Shown: positions 16,174 to 23,795 of the stretch, in pieces
Position numbering within the stretch: position 1 is the first letter of the stretch
Layout: every line of letters starts with the position of its first letter
IMG/VR virus record: IMGVR_UViG_3300005096_000516
Location: 1 to 27,127 of that record
DNA length: 27,127 nucleotides
Source of the DNA: a virus
Taxonomy: Duplodnaviria; Caudoviricetes
Direction: 5' to 3' (one strand)
Program-made: the position numbers and the translations under genes
Notes under the pieces: model-generated
The model's database searches: none
What the model was told of the DNA's origin: nothing
The model's input: the letters and a program-made list of their open reading frames with translations, nothing else

Positions 16174-16497
16174 TCACCTCATTCCTGCGATTCTAAGGAT
16201 CGATTCGGGCGGGTCCTCCTTCAGCTCTCGCCTGTAGAGCCGAACCAGGGCCCGCGCCGCCTTCCGCCTCTGCTCCGGAGGTGCCTTCACACCCCCACGG
16301 GCGCCCGCCAACGCCGCCGCTGCCGCATGGACACCATTGCGGTTTAGCGTCCCATCCGGCTCCCGCACCGGCAACTTACACTGGCTCTTCGCCGTCGGCG
16401 AGCCATCATGCAAGTGAATCAGACACGCCCGGTGCCACTGCGCCAGCGTATAGTCACTCTCCTGAAGCTGTCCCCACGGCTTATCGCTGATCGCCAT
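16174..16497 (-). CDS. Head-module hypothetical protein (domain I recall fused to prohead proteases in actinophages)
   Basis: MAISDKPW...KLPVREPDGTLNRNGVHAAAAALAGARGGV; ATG 16497 with GGGGTGG SD. Confidence 0.7.
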   Translation of the reverse strand: MAISDKPWGQLQESDYTLAQWHRACLIHLHDGSPTAKSQCKLPVREPDGTLNRNGVHAAAAALAGARGGVKAPPEQRRKAARALVRLYRRELKEDPPESILRIAGMR

Positions 16498-16515
16498 CGC
16501 CACCCCATACAACGC

Positions 16516-16562
16516 AAAAAGGCCAGCGCTTCCCGCCGGGCTGTCCCGGCGCAGCGCTGGCC
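16516..16562 (-). terminator. Intrinsic terminator in leader of head genes
   Basis: GGCCAGCGCT-(G)-CGCCGGG-ACAG-CCCGGCG-(GGA)-AGCGCTGGCC then TTTTT on minus strand. Confidence 0.8.
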
Positions 16563-16595
16563 CGCTGCGAGCCATAGTATCCACTTGTCAGCTAA

Positions 16596-16623
16596 ATTAT
16601 ACCACAAATTCCGCTCAGATCAA
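16596..16623 (-). promoter_or_regulatory. Extended -10 promoter upstream of head genes
   Basis: TGTGGTATAAT (16606-16596); TTGATC 16 bp upstream of the -10 hexamer. Confidence 0.7.
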
Positions 16624-17714
16624 CTACTGATTGCAGATCGCCACCGCTTTGCCTCACCCTCACCGATGATCTGCCGCAAACTACGAGCATACCGCATCGT
16701 CCCCCAGCGCGGATCCGACCGCCTGCCGACGAAATCCTCCAGCCGTACCGTCCCCGCTCGCCAGGCCTCAAACGCCGCAGACCCCAAAATCCGTCGCTGC
16801 ACATCCTCCGTCTGCTCGGCGAACCACTCTACGCCCGGGCGAACCTTCACCTGTGTCTCCGGGATCCCTCCCCAATCAACACCAAACTCCTCCCCCAGCT
16901 CACGCCAACCCTTCGTCACTGGCACAGGTGTACACCGACCGTTCGGGTGGTCATCCAGCGTCTCATCCAACCGATGAAACGTCCCATGCATCGCAATGCA
17001 GGCCGGGCACGTCCGTGGCCCCAACTCAGCATGCCAGACCCACCCCTTAAGGATCCTGGAATTGGCACGATAGCTCCGATGAGTTGCATACCGATACGCC
17101 CGCAACGTCTCCGTCCGTGCGATCCGTAGCGCCCTCGCCAGCCCCATGCCAAATCGCTTTCGCACCAACCGAGCCGTCTGCTGGGGATTCATCCCCGTCG
17201 CCAACCCGGTGACCAGCGCATCCGCCCCCCCCTGCCCCACCTCCGCCCCCAACTCCATCAGCAGCTCCCGCAACGGCGAGCCGTCCTGCAGCGTGCCCAC
17301 CATGCTGTAAATCGCCTCCTGCGGCAGCCGATCCCACCGCACAACCGCAGCCACCTGATCCGGCAACTGCATCAGCACCAACTGCTCCGCATGATCCTGC
17401 GCCGCCCGGATCGCCTCCTCCTGCTGCCTGCGGATCATCCCATCGGCGAACTCGGCGAAGCGCCGCAGCTCCGCCTCCACCTGAACCCGCAGCGACTCCA
17501 ACCGCCGCTGCCGGAACAGCCACGCCGGGCTCACCTCCTCCCCGGCCTCCCTCGCCTCGGCGATCTGCCTCTGCAACGCATCCAGCCGGACCGAGACCGT
17601 GCGCCAGACCTCGCCATAGTATCGCACCATCTCCCCAGCCGCCCGCCGCTCGTTTTGCAACAACTCCCGCCGGAACCGGTTGACCGCCCGCTCCAGATCA
17701 CTCATCCTCGCCAT
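16620..17714 (-). CDS. Minor head morphogenesis protein (MuF / SPP1 gp7 family)
   Basis: RALRIARTETLRAY, RTCPACIAMHG, HPNGRC; follows portal. Confidence 0.92.
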   Translation of the reverse strand: MARMSDLERAVNRFRRELLQNERRAAGEMVRYYGEVWRTVSVRLDALQRQIAEAREAGEEVSPAWLFRQRRLESLRVQVEAELRRFAEFADGMIRRQQEEAIRAAQDHAEQLVLMQLPDQVAAVVRWDRLPQEAIYSMVGTLQDGSPLRELLMELGAEVGQGGADALVTGLATGMNPQQTARLVRKRFGMGLARALRIARTETLRAYRYATHRSYRANSRILKGWVWHAELGPRTCPACIAMHGTFHRLDETLDDHPNGRCTPVPVTKGWRELGEEFGVDWGGIPETQVKVRPGVEWFAEQTEDVQRRILGSAAFEAWRAGTVRLEDFVGRRSDPRWGTMRYARSLRQIIGEGEAKRWRSAISS

Positions 17715-17749
17715 TCGCTATTCGCCATTCGCTATTCGCTATTCACTAT
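17708..17749. repeat. Heptamer tandem repeat x6 (TCGCYAT)
   Basis: TCGCCAT TCGCTAT TCGCCAT TCGCTAT TCGCTAT TCACTAT spans the portal stop to the MuF start. Confidence 0.9.
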
Positions 17750-19077
17750 TCACCCCTATTGAACGCCTCTAACATCCTCTCCGCCATATCCGCCGAACTC
17801 AACTCCCGCTTCTGCCGCTCCAGCTCCGGATCAAACCCCAGCCGCTGCAGAATCGTATCCTGCGACACACCCAACTGCTGATCAATCAGCGCCGCCTGCC
17901 GCTCGGCCATCACATCCTTGGGCAAAAGCTCCGGCCAGTGGATCGTCACCACGTTGTCCGGCCCGAAGCCGCCCATCTCCAACAGCCGCCGGTTCAATTC
18001 CACCAACATCTCCCCATATGTCAGCCGCTTCGCCTCGATCTTGTCGATCAGCGGCTGATACAAGATCTGCAGTGCCACGCCGGAGAGCGCCCCGGCCCGC
18101 TCCAGCTTACCGGTGGCCACCTCAGGTGTCCGGCTCACCTCATGCAACGCCTCACGCAGCCGCTCATACAGCCGTATGCTCGACTCCAGATCACTCTCCA
18201 TCTCCAAATTACGCAGCTCCGCATCCTCACCCGGCAACACGATCGTCTCATCCACCGCGATCTGCAACTGCCGGGCGTCAAACCCCCGCCCCCACGTCTT
18301 CGGGTGTGCATGATAGCGGATGATCCGTGCCATGTTGCTCAGCACGAAATTGATCGACTCGTTTATGTCAACCAGATCCTCCTCAATGTCGGCGATGCCA
18401 TAGTACTCATTCGGGCTCGGCAGATTCTGGCAATCCACGATCGGCGGCCACGGCCACGGCCAATCCGTCTCCGAAAGCGTCCGATACGGCCCGCTCCCCC
18501 TGGCCTCCTGCTCCGTGATATGCCAGCGCCCTTGCTGACTTGCTGACTCGCCGACTCGCTCAATCGTCTGCCGCCGCGTGATCGCCGTTCCGTCCGGCGA
18601 AACTGCTGGAAACTCGATCACATACCGCACCACCAGGTCAATGTCCTCCGGATCGGTGATTACGTGCACATACTCCGGCGACAGGTTGATCAGCTTCGGG
18701 AACGGCTCGCCAGGCAGAATCTTCACGAACACATGGCCACAGACCGCCCCGTTCAGCGCCATCTTCTGCAGCAAGATCATCTTGCGGTTATACCGCCACG
18801 CGTCACGTAGCCACACCTCCGCATCCGTGTCCGCCGTCTCATCCAACTCAAAGCGTGGCTCTCGGCCGAACAGGAACGCCACGGACAGGTCGGCCACCAC
18901 GCGGCAATAATTCACGATCACGTTGTCGTCCGGCTTCCCCTGGCGCACCTTCAACGGCTTGGGGAAGCGGCCGAAATAAGCATCCCAGGCCCGCTTGTAT
19001 CGGAACAATCGTGCCTGATTCTCGGAGATCACTCGCTCCTGCCACACTCTCGTCGCCAGATTGATCACCTGCGCCAT
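17746..19077 (-). CDS. Portal protein (SPP1 gp6-like)
   Basis: VNYCRVVADLSVAFLFG, LSGVALQILYQPL, VTIHWPELLPKD; follows TerL. Confidence 0.92.
   Translation of the reverse strand: MAQVINLATRVWQERVISENQARLFRYKRAWDAYFGRFPKPLKVRQGKPDDNVIVNYCRVVADLSVAFLFGREPRFELDETADTDAEVWLRDAWRYNRKMILLQKMALNGAVCGHVFVKILPGEPFPKLINLSPEYVHVITDPEDIDLVVRYVIEFPAVSPDGTAITRRQTIERVGESASQQGRWHITEQEARGSGPYRTLSETDWPWPWPPIVDCQNLPSPNEYYGIADIEEDLVDINESINFVLSNMARIIRYHAHPKTWGRGFDARQLQIAVDETIVLPGEDAELRNLEMESDLESSIRLYERLREALHEVSRTPEVATGKLERAGALSGVALQILYQPLIDKIEAKRLTYGEMLVELNRRLLEMGGFGPDNVVTIHWPELLPKDVMAERQAALIDQQLGVSQDTILQRLGFDPELERQKRELSSADMAERMLEAFNRGE
18536..18559. repeat. Octamer repeat x3 inside portal CDS
   Basis: TGACTTGC TGACTCGC CGACTCGC (24 nt, in ERVGESASQQG). 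Confidence 0.75.
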
Positions 19078-19081
19078 CGCT

Positions 19082-19113
19082 CACCTCGCTGATTCGCTGA
19101 CCCGCTCAATCGC
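19082..19113. repeat. Octamer repeat x4 in TerL/portal spacer
   Basis: CACCTCGC TGATTCGC TGACCCGC TCAATCGC. Confidence 0.75.
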
Positions 19114-20421
19114 TCAATCCCAAATACTCGGCGCATACTGCACCGCTCGCTGCGGTCCCGCCGCCCACAGCGCCAGCGCCAGGCTCATCACGCAGTCCGT
19201 CACCAGCGCCTTATCATCCCACTCATACGCCTGCAACTCGTCCACCAGCTCTCGGACAAATGGGAAACGCAGATACCGCCGCTCCAGCGCTACCTGCAAC
19301 CCCGTGAGTAGATCCACCTTGCTGCGGCCAGTGAACGTGAACCCCTGCGCCACATCCCGCACCTCGTCCAGGATCGGCGCACCCACGCCCGTGGCGTCGA
19401 TCAGCGAGACATGGCAGCTATAGCGCCGATGCACCTCCCGGATCCGCTTCGCCACCACCGGCCACGGCGCCCGCTGGAAGCGCTCGAAGTACACCAGCCT
19501 GTATGGCTTCTCCGTCGCGTCCAGCACGACACCCACCGTCCAGTCCGTCGTCTTCGCCAGGTCCCACCCGGCCACATAGCGCCTGTTCTTCTGCGGCTCA
19601 ACCGGTAACTCCCAATCCGCCGCCTCATACGCCGCCTGAATGTCATCCCACCGAAAGACCGCCGTATCATCGGCAACGTACTGCCCTTCGATCTCCCGCA
19701 GCCAGGCCGCCTCCGTCATGCGCTCCCGCAGCGAGCGCAGGTAGTCATGATGGATGTTCGGATTCTCAAAAGAGCTCCCCTGCTGAGCGTAGACAGCTGG
19801 ATCACCGTCTAGCCCGGCCCGCAGCTCACGATAGACCAACGCCCGCTTCGGCTTCGGCGTCGTCGTCAGCACAAGTTGGCCACCCACATCGGCCAGTGTC
19901 AAGCGGATCACCTCATCGATGATCCGATCGGGGATGTAATCCGCCTCGTCTGCGATCACCCGGTGAAACTTGTGGCCCCGGATATACACACCGCTCCTGG
20001 CCACCGTGCGCACCGTCACCATGCTCTTGTGCTTGAGCTGGACCGTCGGGAAAGGCGTCTCCCGCACCCGATCCACCAACTCGGCCAGCAGCGGCTGGTG
20101 ATCGATAAACTCCCGCATCGTATCGAACACCAGCCGGGCCTGGTCCAACGTCACGCTCACGATGCACTGGCGGGTGCCCGGCCTGAAGACGGCGTAATAC
20201 AGCGCCTGGACGGCCGCCACCTCGCTCTTCCCCCAGCGACGGCCGGTGACCAGGACATGCGTCGGCCGCTCCGGCGCCAGGAGCCAGCGGCGCTGCCCAT
20301 CATGCGGCTCCCACCCCAGCCAGGCCCGTGCGAAAGCCACGGGGTCAGTCGTCCTCCGCACCGCCTCGATCAGCGAGTCTTTCCAGGACCTGCGCCAGCG
20401 CATCGCCAACGCTGTGCTCAT
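19114..20421 (-). CDS. terL: Terminase large subunit
   Basis: Walker A GRRWGKS, Walker B VIADEA, nuclease GWDLAKTTDWT and DCVMSLAL; start uncertain (20421 or about 20362). Confidence 0.95.
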   Translation of the reverse strand: MSTALAMRWRRSWKDSLIEAVRRTTDPVAFARAWLGWEPHDGQRRWLLAPERPTHVLVTGRRWGKSEVAAVQALYYAVFRPGTRQCIVSVTLDQARLVFDTMREFIDHQPLLAELVDRVRETPFPTVQLKHKSMVTVRTVARSGVYIRGHKFHRVIADEADYIPDRIIDEVIRLTLADVGGQLVLTTTPKPKRALVYRELRAGLDGDPAVYAQQGSSFENPNIHHDYLRSLRERMTEAAWLREIEGQYVADDTAVFRWDDIQAAYEAADWELPVEPQKNRRYVAGWDLAKTTDWTVGVVLDATEKPYRLVYFERFQRAPWPVVAKRIREVHRRYSCHVSLIDATGVGAPILDEVRDVAQGFTFTGRSKVDLLTGLQVALERRYLRFPFVRELVDELQAYEWDDKALVTDCVMSLALALWAAGPQRAVQYAPSIWD

Positions 20422-20749
20422 GCTCTACCCTATCCCTCTTCGCCCAGCGCTCGGGATAACGTCGTTCGAGGATCCATGCGGCCGCCTGCCACGTCCCCCC
20501 CCTGGCCTCTTTTTGGATCTGCTGCACCAACGAAGACTCAGCTTCTGCCTCTGCCTTTTTTAGAGCCTCCCAAAACTGTCGAAACTTACCGCTTCTGGCC
20601 CCCTCACCCCTACGCCGCCAGCGATAAAATGTTGATTCGCTAATACCAGCCGCACGGGCGGCCACTTCATACGTCAACCCCTGCCGGACAAAGTTGCAGA
20701 TTTTCTCCTGCACCTCCGGCGTCAACTTGGTTCGCCGTCCCATGGCCAT
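20345..20749 (-). CDS. terS: Terminase small subunit (HTH)
   Basis: GRRTKLTPEV..AARAAGISESTFYRW; WQAAAWILERRYPERW; directly upstream of TerL. Confidence 0.88.
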   Translation of the reverse strand: MAMGRRTKLTPEVQEKICNFVRQGLTYEVAARAAGISESTFYRWRRRGEGARSGKFRQFWEALKKAEAEAESSLVQQIQKEARGGTWQAAAWILERRYPERWAKRDRVEHEHSVGDALAQVLERLADRGGAEDD

Positions 20750-20918
20750 CCCCACTTACCCAATTCCACGTCCCACACCGCTCGCAGCGGCGCCACACCG
20801 GCAGCGACACCACCATGCGCAACTGGCCGTGCCTGACGATCAATGCGCCGCCGCCATCCGTCACCTCACCGAGCATCTTTTCACATCTCGCACACGTCCA
20901 GAAGCGTCGATGATGCAT
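20667..20918 (-). CDS. Small zinc-ribbon protein (Mu Com-like pattern)
   Basis: WTCARCEKMLG ... RRCERCGTWN; ATG 20918 with GGGGGA SD; first gene after the late leader. Confidence 0.6.
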   Translation of the reverse strand: MHHRRFWTCARCEKMLGEVTDGGGALIVRHGQLRMVVSLPVWRRCERCGTWNWVSGDGHGTANQVDAGGAGENLQLCPAGVDV

Positions 20919-20932
20919 TGCGTCGATCCCCC

Positions 20933-20974
20933 AACAAAAAGCGCCCATCGCCGCATGGCGGCACGATGAGCGCT
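20933..20974 (-). terminator. Intrinsic terminator in leader of packaging genes
   Basis: AGCGCTCATCG ... CGATGGGCGCT (one G-U pair on minus RNA) then TTTTGTT. Confidence 0.75.
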
Positions 20975-21011
20975 ACCTCGCCCGAGTCAGCTATACCATT
21001 TTCCTGACAGT

Positions 21012-21022
21012 ATTATAGCACA
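21012..21022 (-). promoter_or_regulatory. Extended -10 late promoter
   Basis: TGTGCTATAAT; no good -35. Confidence 0.65.
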
Positions 21023-21310
21023 TCACGGCTCTTGCAGGATAGGCCACACTTCCACCGCCCTGACGTTATCCACACCCTCCAGCCACGCTTCACCAAACAC
21101 GGGGTGATAGGCCACCGTGATGACGGCCGGAACCGTGATGACGGCCGGAACCGTGACGCCAGGGCGCAGCTCGATACGAACGCACAGGATGACCTCCTGG
21201 ACGGTTTCTATCACTCCCTGACCCTCACTTGGAAGCGCACCTGCTGGATTGGCAGCGACAACGACAACAAGCATCAAGGCAACAGCAACGTCAAGAATGT
21301 TGGATCCCAT
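21023..21310 (-). CDS. Hypothetical protein with N-terminal signal/TM segment
   Basis: ILDVAVALMLVVVVAANPAGA; contains an in-frame 18-bp duplication. Confidence 0.55.
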   Translation of the reverse strand: MGSNILDVAVALMLVVVVAANPAGALPSEGQGVIETVQEVILCVRIELRPGVTVPAVITVPAVITVAYHPVFGEAWLEGVDNVRAVEVWPILQEP

Positions 21311-21778
21311 CTGCACGCTCCAGGTGCTTCTTGCGCAGCCTACTCATGCGTAGCTGTAGCTGCTCACGCAGGTCCATCCCAGGATAGCTGGCGATGGCGA
21401 CCAAAGCGGCCTCGGCGTCGAAATACCAGGCTTCCAGATAGGACCGTGCCACCCACGCTGCCCTGGCAACATACCAACAAATGTCGTCTATGGTGTTCGG
21501 CACGTCCAGATAGCTGAAGTGGTGTACAAACTGGAGCTGGTAAACAGGCCCCAACGCCGTGATCAGCATCAGTGCACAATCTGCCAACTCGCCGAGGATA
21601 TCGGCATCTCTGTCGTGGTTTTGCGCCGATGCTCAGGCCGATTGAGGCGCAACCAGGCATCGAGCGCCTCCCGTGCCTCGCAGTCGGCGTACCGCAGCGC
21701 ATCCAGCATCTTTGGCGTGGGCCAGACGGCCCGCATCTCGTTGCGGAACCGCCACACCATGTCGAACAGGTCTTGCAT
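21291..21778 (-). pseudogene. MazG-like (all-alpha NTP pyrophosphatase) gene split by a 1-nt frameshift at about 21620
   Basis: Upstream frame CEAREALDAWLR..EHRR continues in the -1 frame as NHDRDADILGELADCALML (ExxExxD ... ELAD motif). Confidence 0.65.
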
Positions 21779-21996
21779 CACTCCTCCCCGATTGAAAATG
21801 GCCGGTTGCCATGTGCCCGCTCGAATGCCCGCACGCACAGGGCGCAGACGTGGCGCTCGCTGGGTGGATCATCACCCGAGATGATAAAGCTCTCGGATCG
21901 TGAGAGATCCTTCCCGCACCATGTGCGCCCGCCGTCACCCCTCACGATGTGCCACCAGAGCCTCTGTCTTCGTGGGCGGAAGTAGCGCATAGACAT
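21778..21996 (-). CDS. Small Zn-finger-like hypothetical protein
   Basis: WHIV...TWCG...VCALC; stop overlaps the next start (TGATG). Confidence 0.55.
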   Translation of the reverse strand: MSMRYFRPRRQRLWWHIVRGDGGRTWCGKDLSRSESFIISGDDPPSERHVCALCVRAFERAHGNRPFSIGEE

Positions 21997-22393
21997 CCAC
22001 TCTATTCTGAATCGCCCCCCGCAGCACAGACACGGGCATGTCACGCCAGCGCTGAGGCGGTCTCCGACGCACGATCTGCACCTTGCTACCGGCCTCGACC
22101 ACGACGATGCGCTTTCCCCTGGCGCATTCCGGAGCCAGGTGCACATCCCCGCACTTTGGACACGCCTCGACTGGAACAATGCGAGGGAGCTGGGGAAGGC
22201 CGAGGTACGCCCGCAGGGCGTTGACCTTCTCCCGGCTGACCTTCTCGCCCCGGCCGACATGCCACCAGGCAGCCGGGGATTCGGCCAGATATGGCGCCAA
22301 CGCCTCGGCAACGGCTCGCCAGGTGCCGAGCGTCTCGTGCAATTCCAGGGCCGTTTTCTGCGCCCAAAGGGTAAACGTATCTTCAGCGCTCAT
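21935..22393 (-). CDS. Hypothetical DNA-binding protein (HTH-like plus CxxC-H-C)
   Basis: GTWRAVAEAL..SPAAWWHVGRG; ACPKCGDVHLAPEC; ATGA overlap with the methylase stop. Confidence 0.65.
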   Translation of the reverse strand: MSAEDTFTLWAQKTALELHETLGTWRAVAEALAPYLAESPAAWWHVGRGEKVSREKVNALRAYLGLPQLPRIVPVEACPKCGDVHLAPECARGKRIVVVEAGSKVQIVRRRPPQRWRDMPVSVLRGAIQNRVDVYALLPPTKTEALVAHREG

Positions 22394-23007
22394 TCGTCTC
22401 TGTTACCCCGGGTAACGTGGCTCTGGGGGCCATTTAATGACCGTTCCTGTCTTCCACTTATGATCAAGTTTGACTCTACTTCATTGCCCCAAACATCCCA
22501 CCCTGGACGCACACGTCTAGCGAATAATTCCAGATAGGGACCAGGGAATTGCTCTGCATACTCATACAGATTGTCTGGTTTCCTGCTATGACCGAAATTC
22601 CCGGACAGAATTCCAACGAAATCACCATCCGGTGGCGATACGTTTCCACGCCTACCGATTAATACAGCCTCCGAACACCCGCGCACCCAAAAACCCAACC
22701 CGTACACTGGCTTACAAACAAACTTGCCCCAAAGCGTCTGCTGTGGCGCCCCTTCAATCTTCACCCATGGAAACCCCGTGACGTACTTGAATCCCCACGC
22801 TCGTATCACATTGAGCGCTACGTTCAATTGCGGCCACGTCGCCCAAAGCAACAGAACCGAGTCGTCGGCGGCAAGTTGTCTCACAGGCAGCGCCATTATC
22901 TCCGATGGGCTCATCGTCGGATATTGATGATCCGCCGCCTCAAAGGTCGGTCCAGCGCCGCCGTACCTCCACGGTGGATCCGCTATGATGACCCCATACC
23001 GCTTCAT
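22390..23007 (-). CDS. MT-A70 family N6-adenine methyltransferase
   Basis: IIADPPW, LLLWAT, WGFKY, HSRKP, LELFAR, GWDVWGNE. Confidence 0.93.
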   Translation of the reverse strand: MKRYGVIIADPPWRYGGAGPTFEAADHQYPTMSPSEIMALPVRQLAADDSVLLLWATWPQLNVALNVIRAWGFKYVTGFPWVKIEGAPQQTLWGKFVCKPVYGLGFWVRGCSEAVLIGRRGNVSPPDGDFVGILSGNFGHSRKPDNLYEYAEQFPGPYLELFARRVRPGWDVWGNEVESNLIISGRQERSLNGPQSHVTRGNRDE

Positions 23008-23050
23008 GTTTCAACCTCGCTATTCTTTGGTCTTCCCTCTCATGCTGCGC

Positions 23051-23245
23051 CTACGCCCCCTTACCGCCGCCCTTTGGATCCGGATTCTGCCCTGCCCGAT
23101 TGCACGCTGGGCACGGATAGGCCAACCCAAACCTCGGGTCATGCACATCGTCTGTCAGGTACACATACCGCATGTCGTGGCAGATGAGGCACCGGTATCT
23201 CGGCCTCGTTGCCACGACCCTATCCTCACGAACCGTTGCGCCCAT
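23051..23245 (-). CDS. Small Zn-finger protein resembling the N-terminal domain of DnaC/IstB-like loaders
   Basis: CLICHDMRYV....DVHDPRFGLAYPCPAC. Confidence 0.6.
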   Translation of the reverse strand: MGATVREDRVVATRPRYRCLICHDMRYVYLTDDVHDPRFGLAYPCPACNRAGQNPDPKGGGKGA

Positions 23246-23795
23246 CTGTCAGCATCCTATCCGGCGCCAATGCTCGTGCCAGAGATCGAACGAGTTGATG
23301 TGTCCCAGCACCGTTGGCGCCGAAATCAAGAAGCGCCCTGGCTGGCGGCAACAGGGACACATACTGCTCCACACGCTGGGCCACCTGCTCGTACATGCGC
23401 ATGAAGTGAGCTCGGTCCGCGACCACGTTCTCGCTCATGCAGATCTCACGCCACCCCAGCGCCTTCACAACCCTGGCCGTGATCGGATTCTCGAAGGCCG
23501 GCACGCCGTAGTAGCCCACCCGTCGCACCTCCCGCATGACCTCCTCCCATGCCTCGGCCGCCGATGGGATCTGCGCTGCTGGCTGGATCGCCCTGGCCCT
23601 TTCCCGGATCTCGGCCACGGTTGGGAAGAACCGGCACTCGGCGATGCACTGGTGAACGGCCGCAAAGAGCACGTTCGCCGGTAGGTCCTGCAGCATCTGC
23701 ACGTAGACCTCAACCGTCTCAGGCCTCGGCTCGAAATTCGGATAGGCCGAGGTCAATAACGCCATCGCCTTCAGCGTCTCCTGCTCCGTCGCCAT
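23226..23795 (-). CDS. Helicase loader/inhibitor (SPP1 G39P-like)
   Basis: LLTSAYPNF...VYVQMLQDLP...FFPTVAEIRE...SAAEAWEEV; follows the initiator. Confidence 0.75.
   Translation of the reverse strand: MATEQETLKAMALLTSAYPNFEPRPETVEVYVQMLQDLPANVLFAAVHQCIAECRFFPTVAEIRERARAIQPAAQIPSAAEAWEEVMREVRRVGYYGVPAFENPITARVVKALGWREICMSENVVADRAHFMRMYEQVAQRVEQYVSLLPPARALLDFGANGAGTHQLVRSLARALAPDRMLTDGRNGS

Noticed and set aside
16498-16584. Longer start for the 16174 ORF
   Set aside because: The extension runs through the terminator hairpin; the SD supports ATG 16497
16606-16640. Additional heptamer array at the MuF 3' end
   Set aside because: Too degenerate to support
10778-19113. Short repeat arrays as a CRISPR or mini-array
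   Set aside because: Units are 7-8 nt, directly tandem, with no unique spacers and no cas genes
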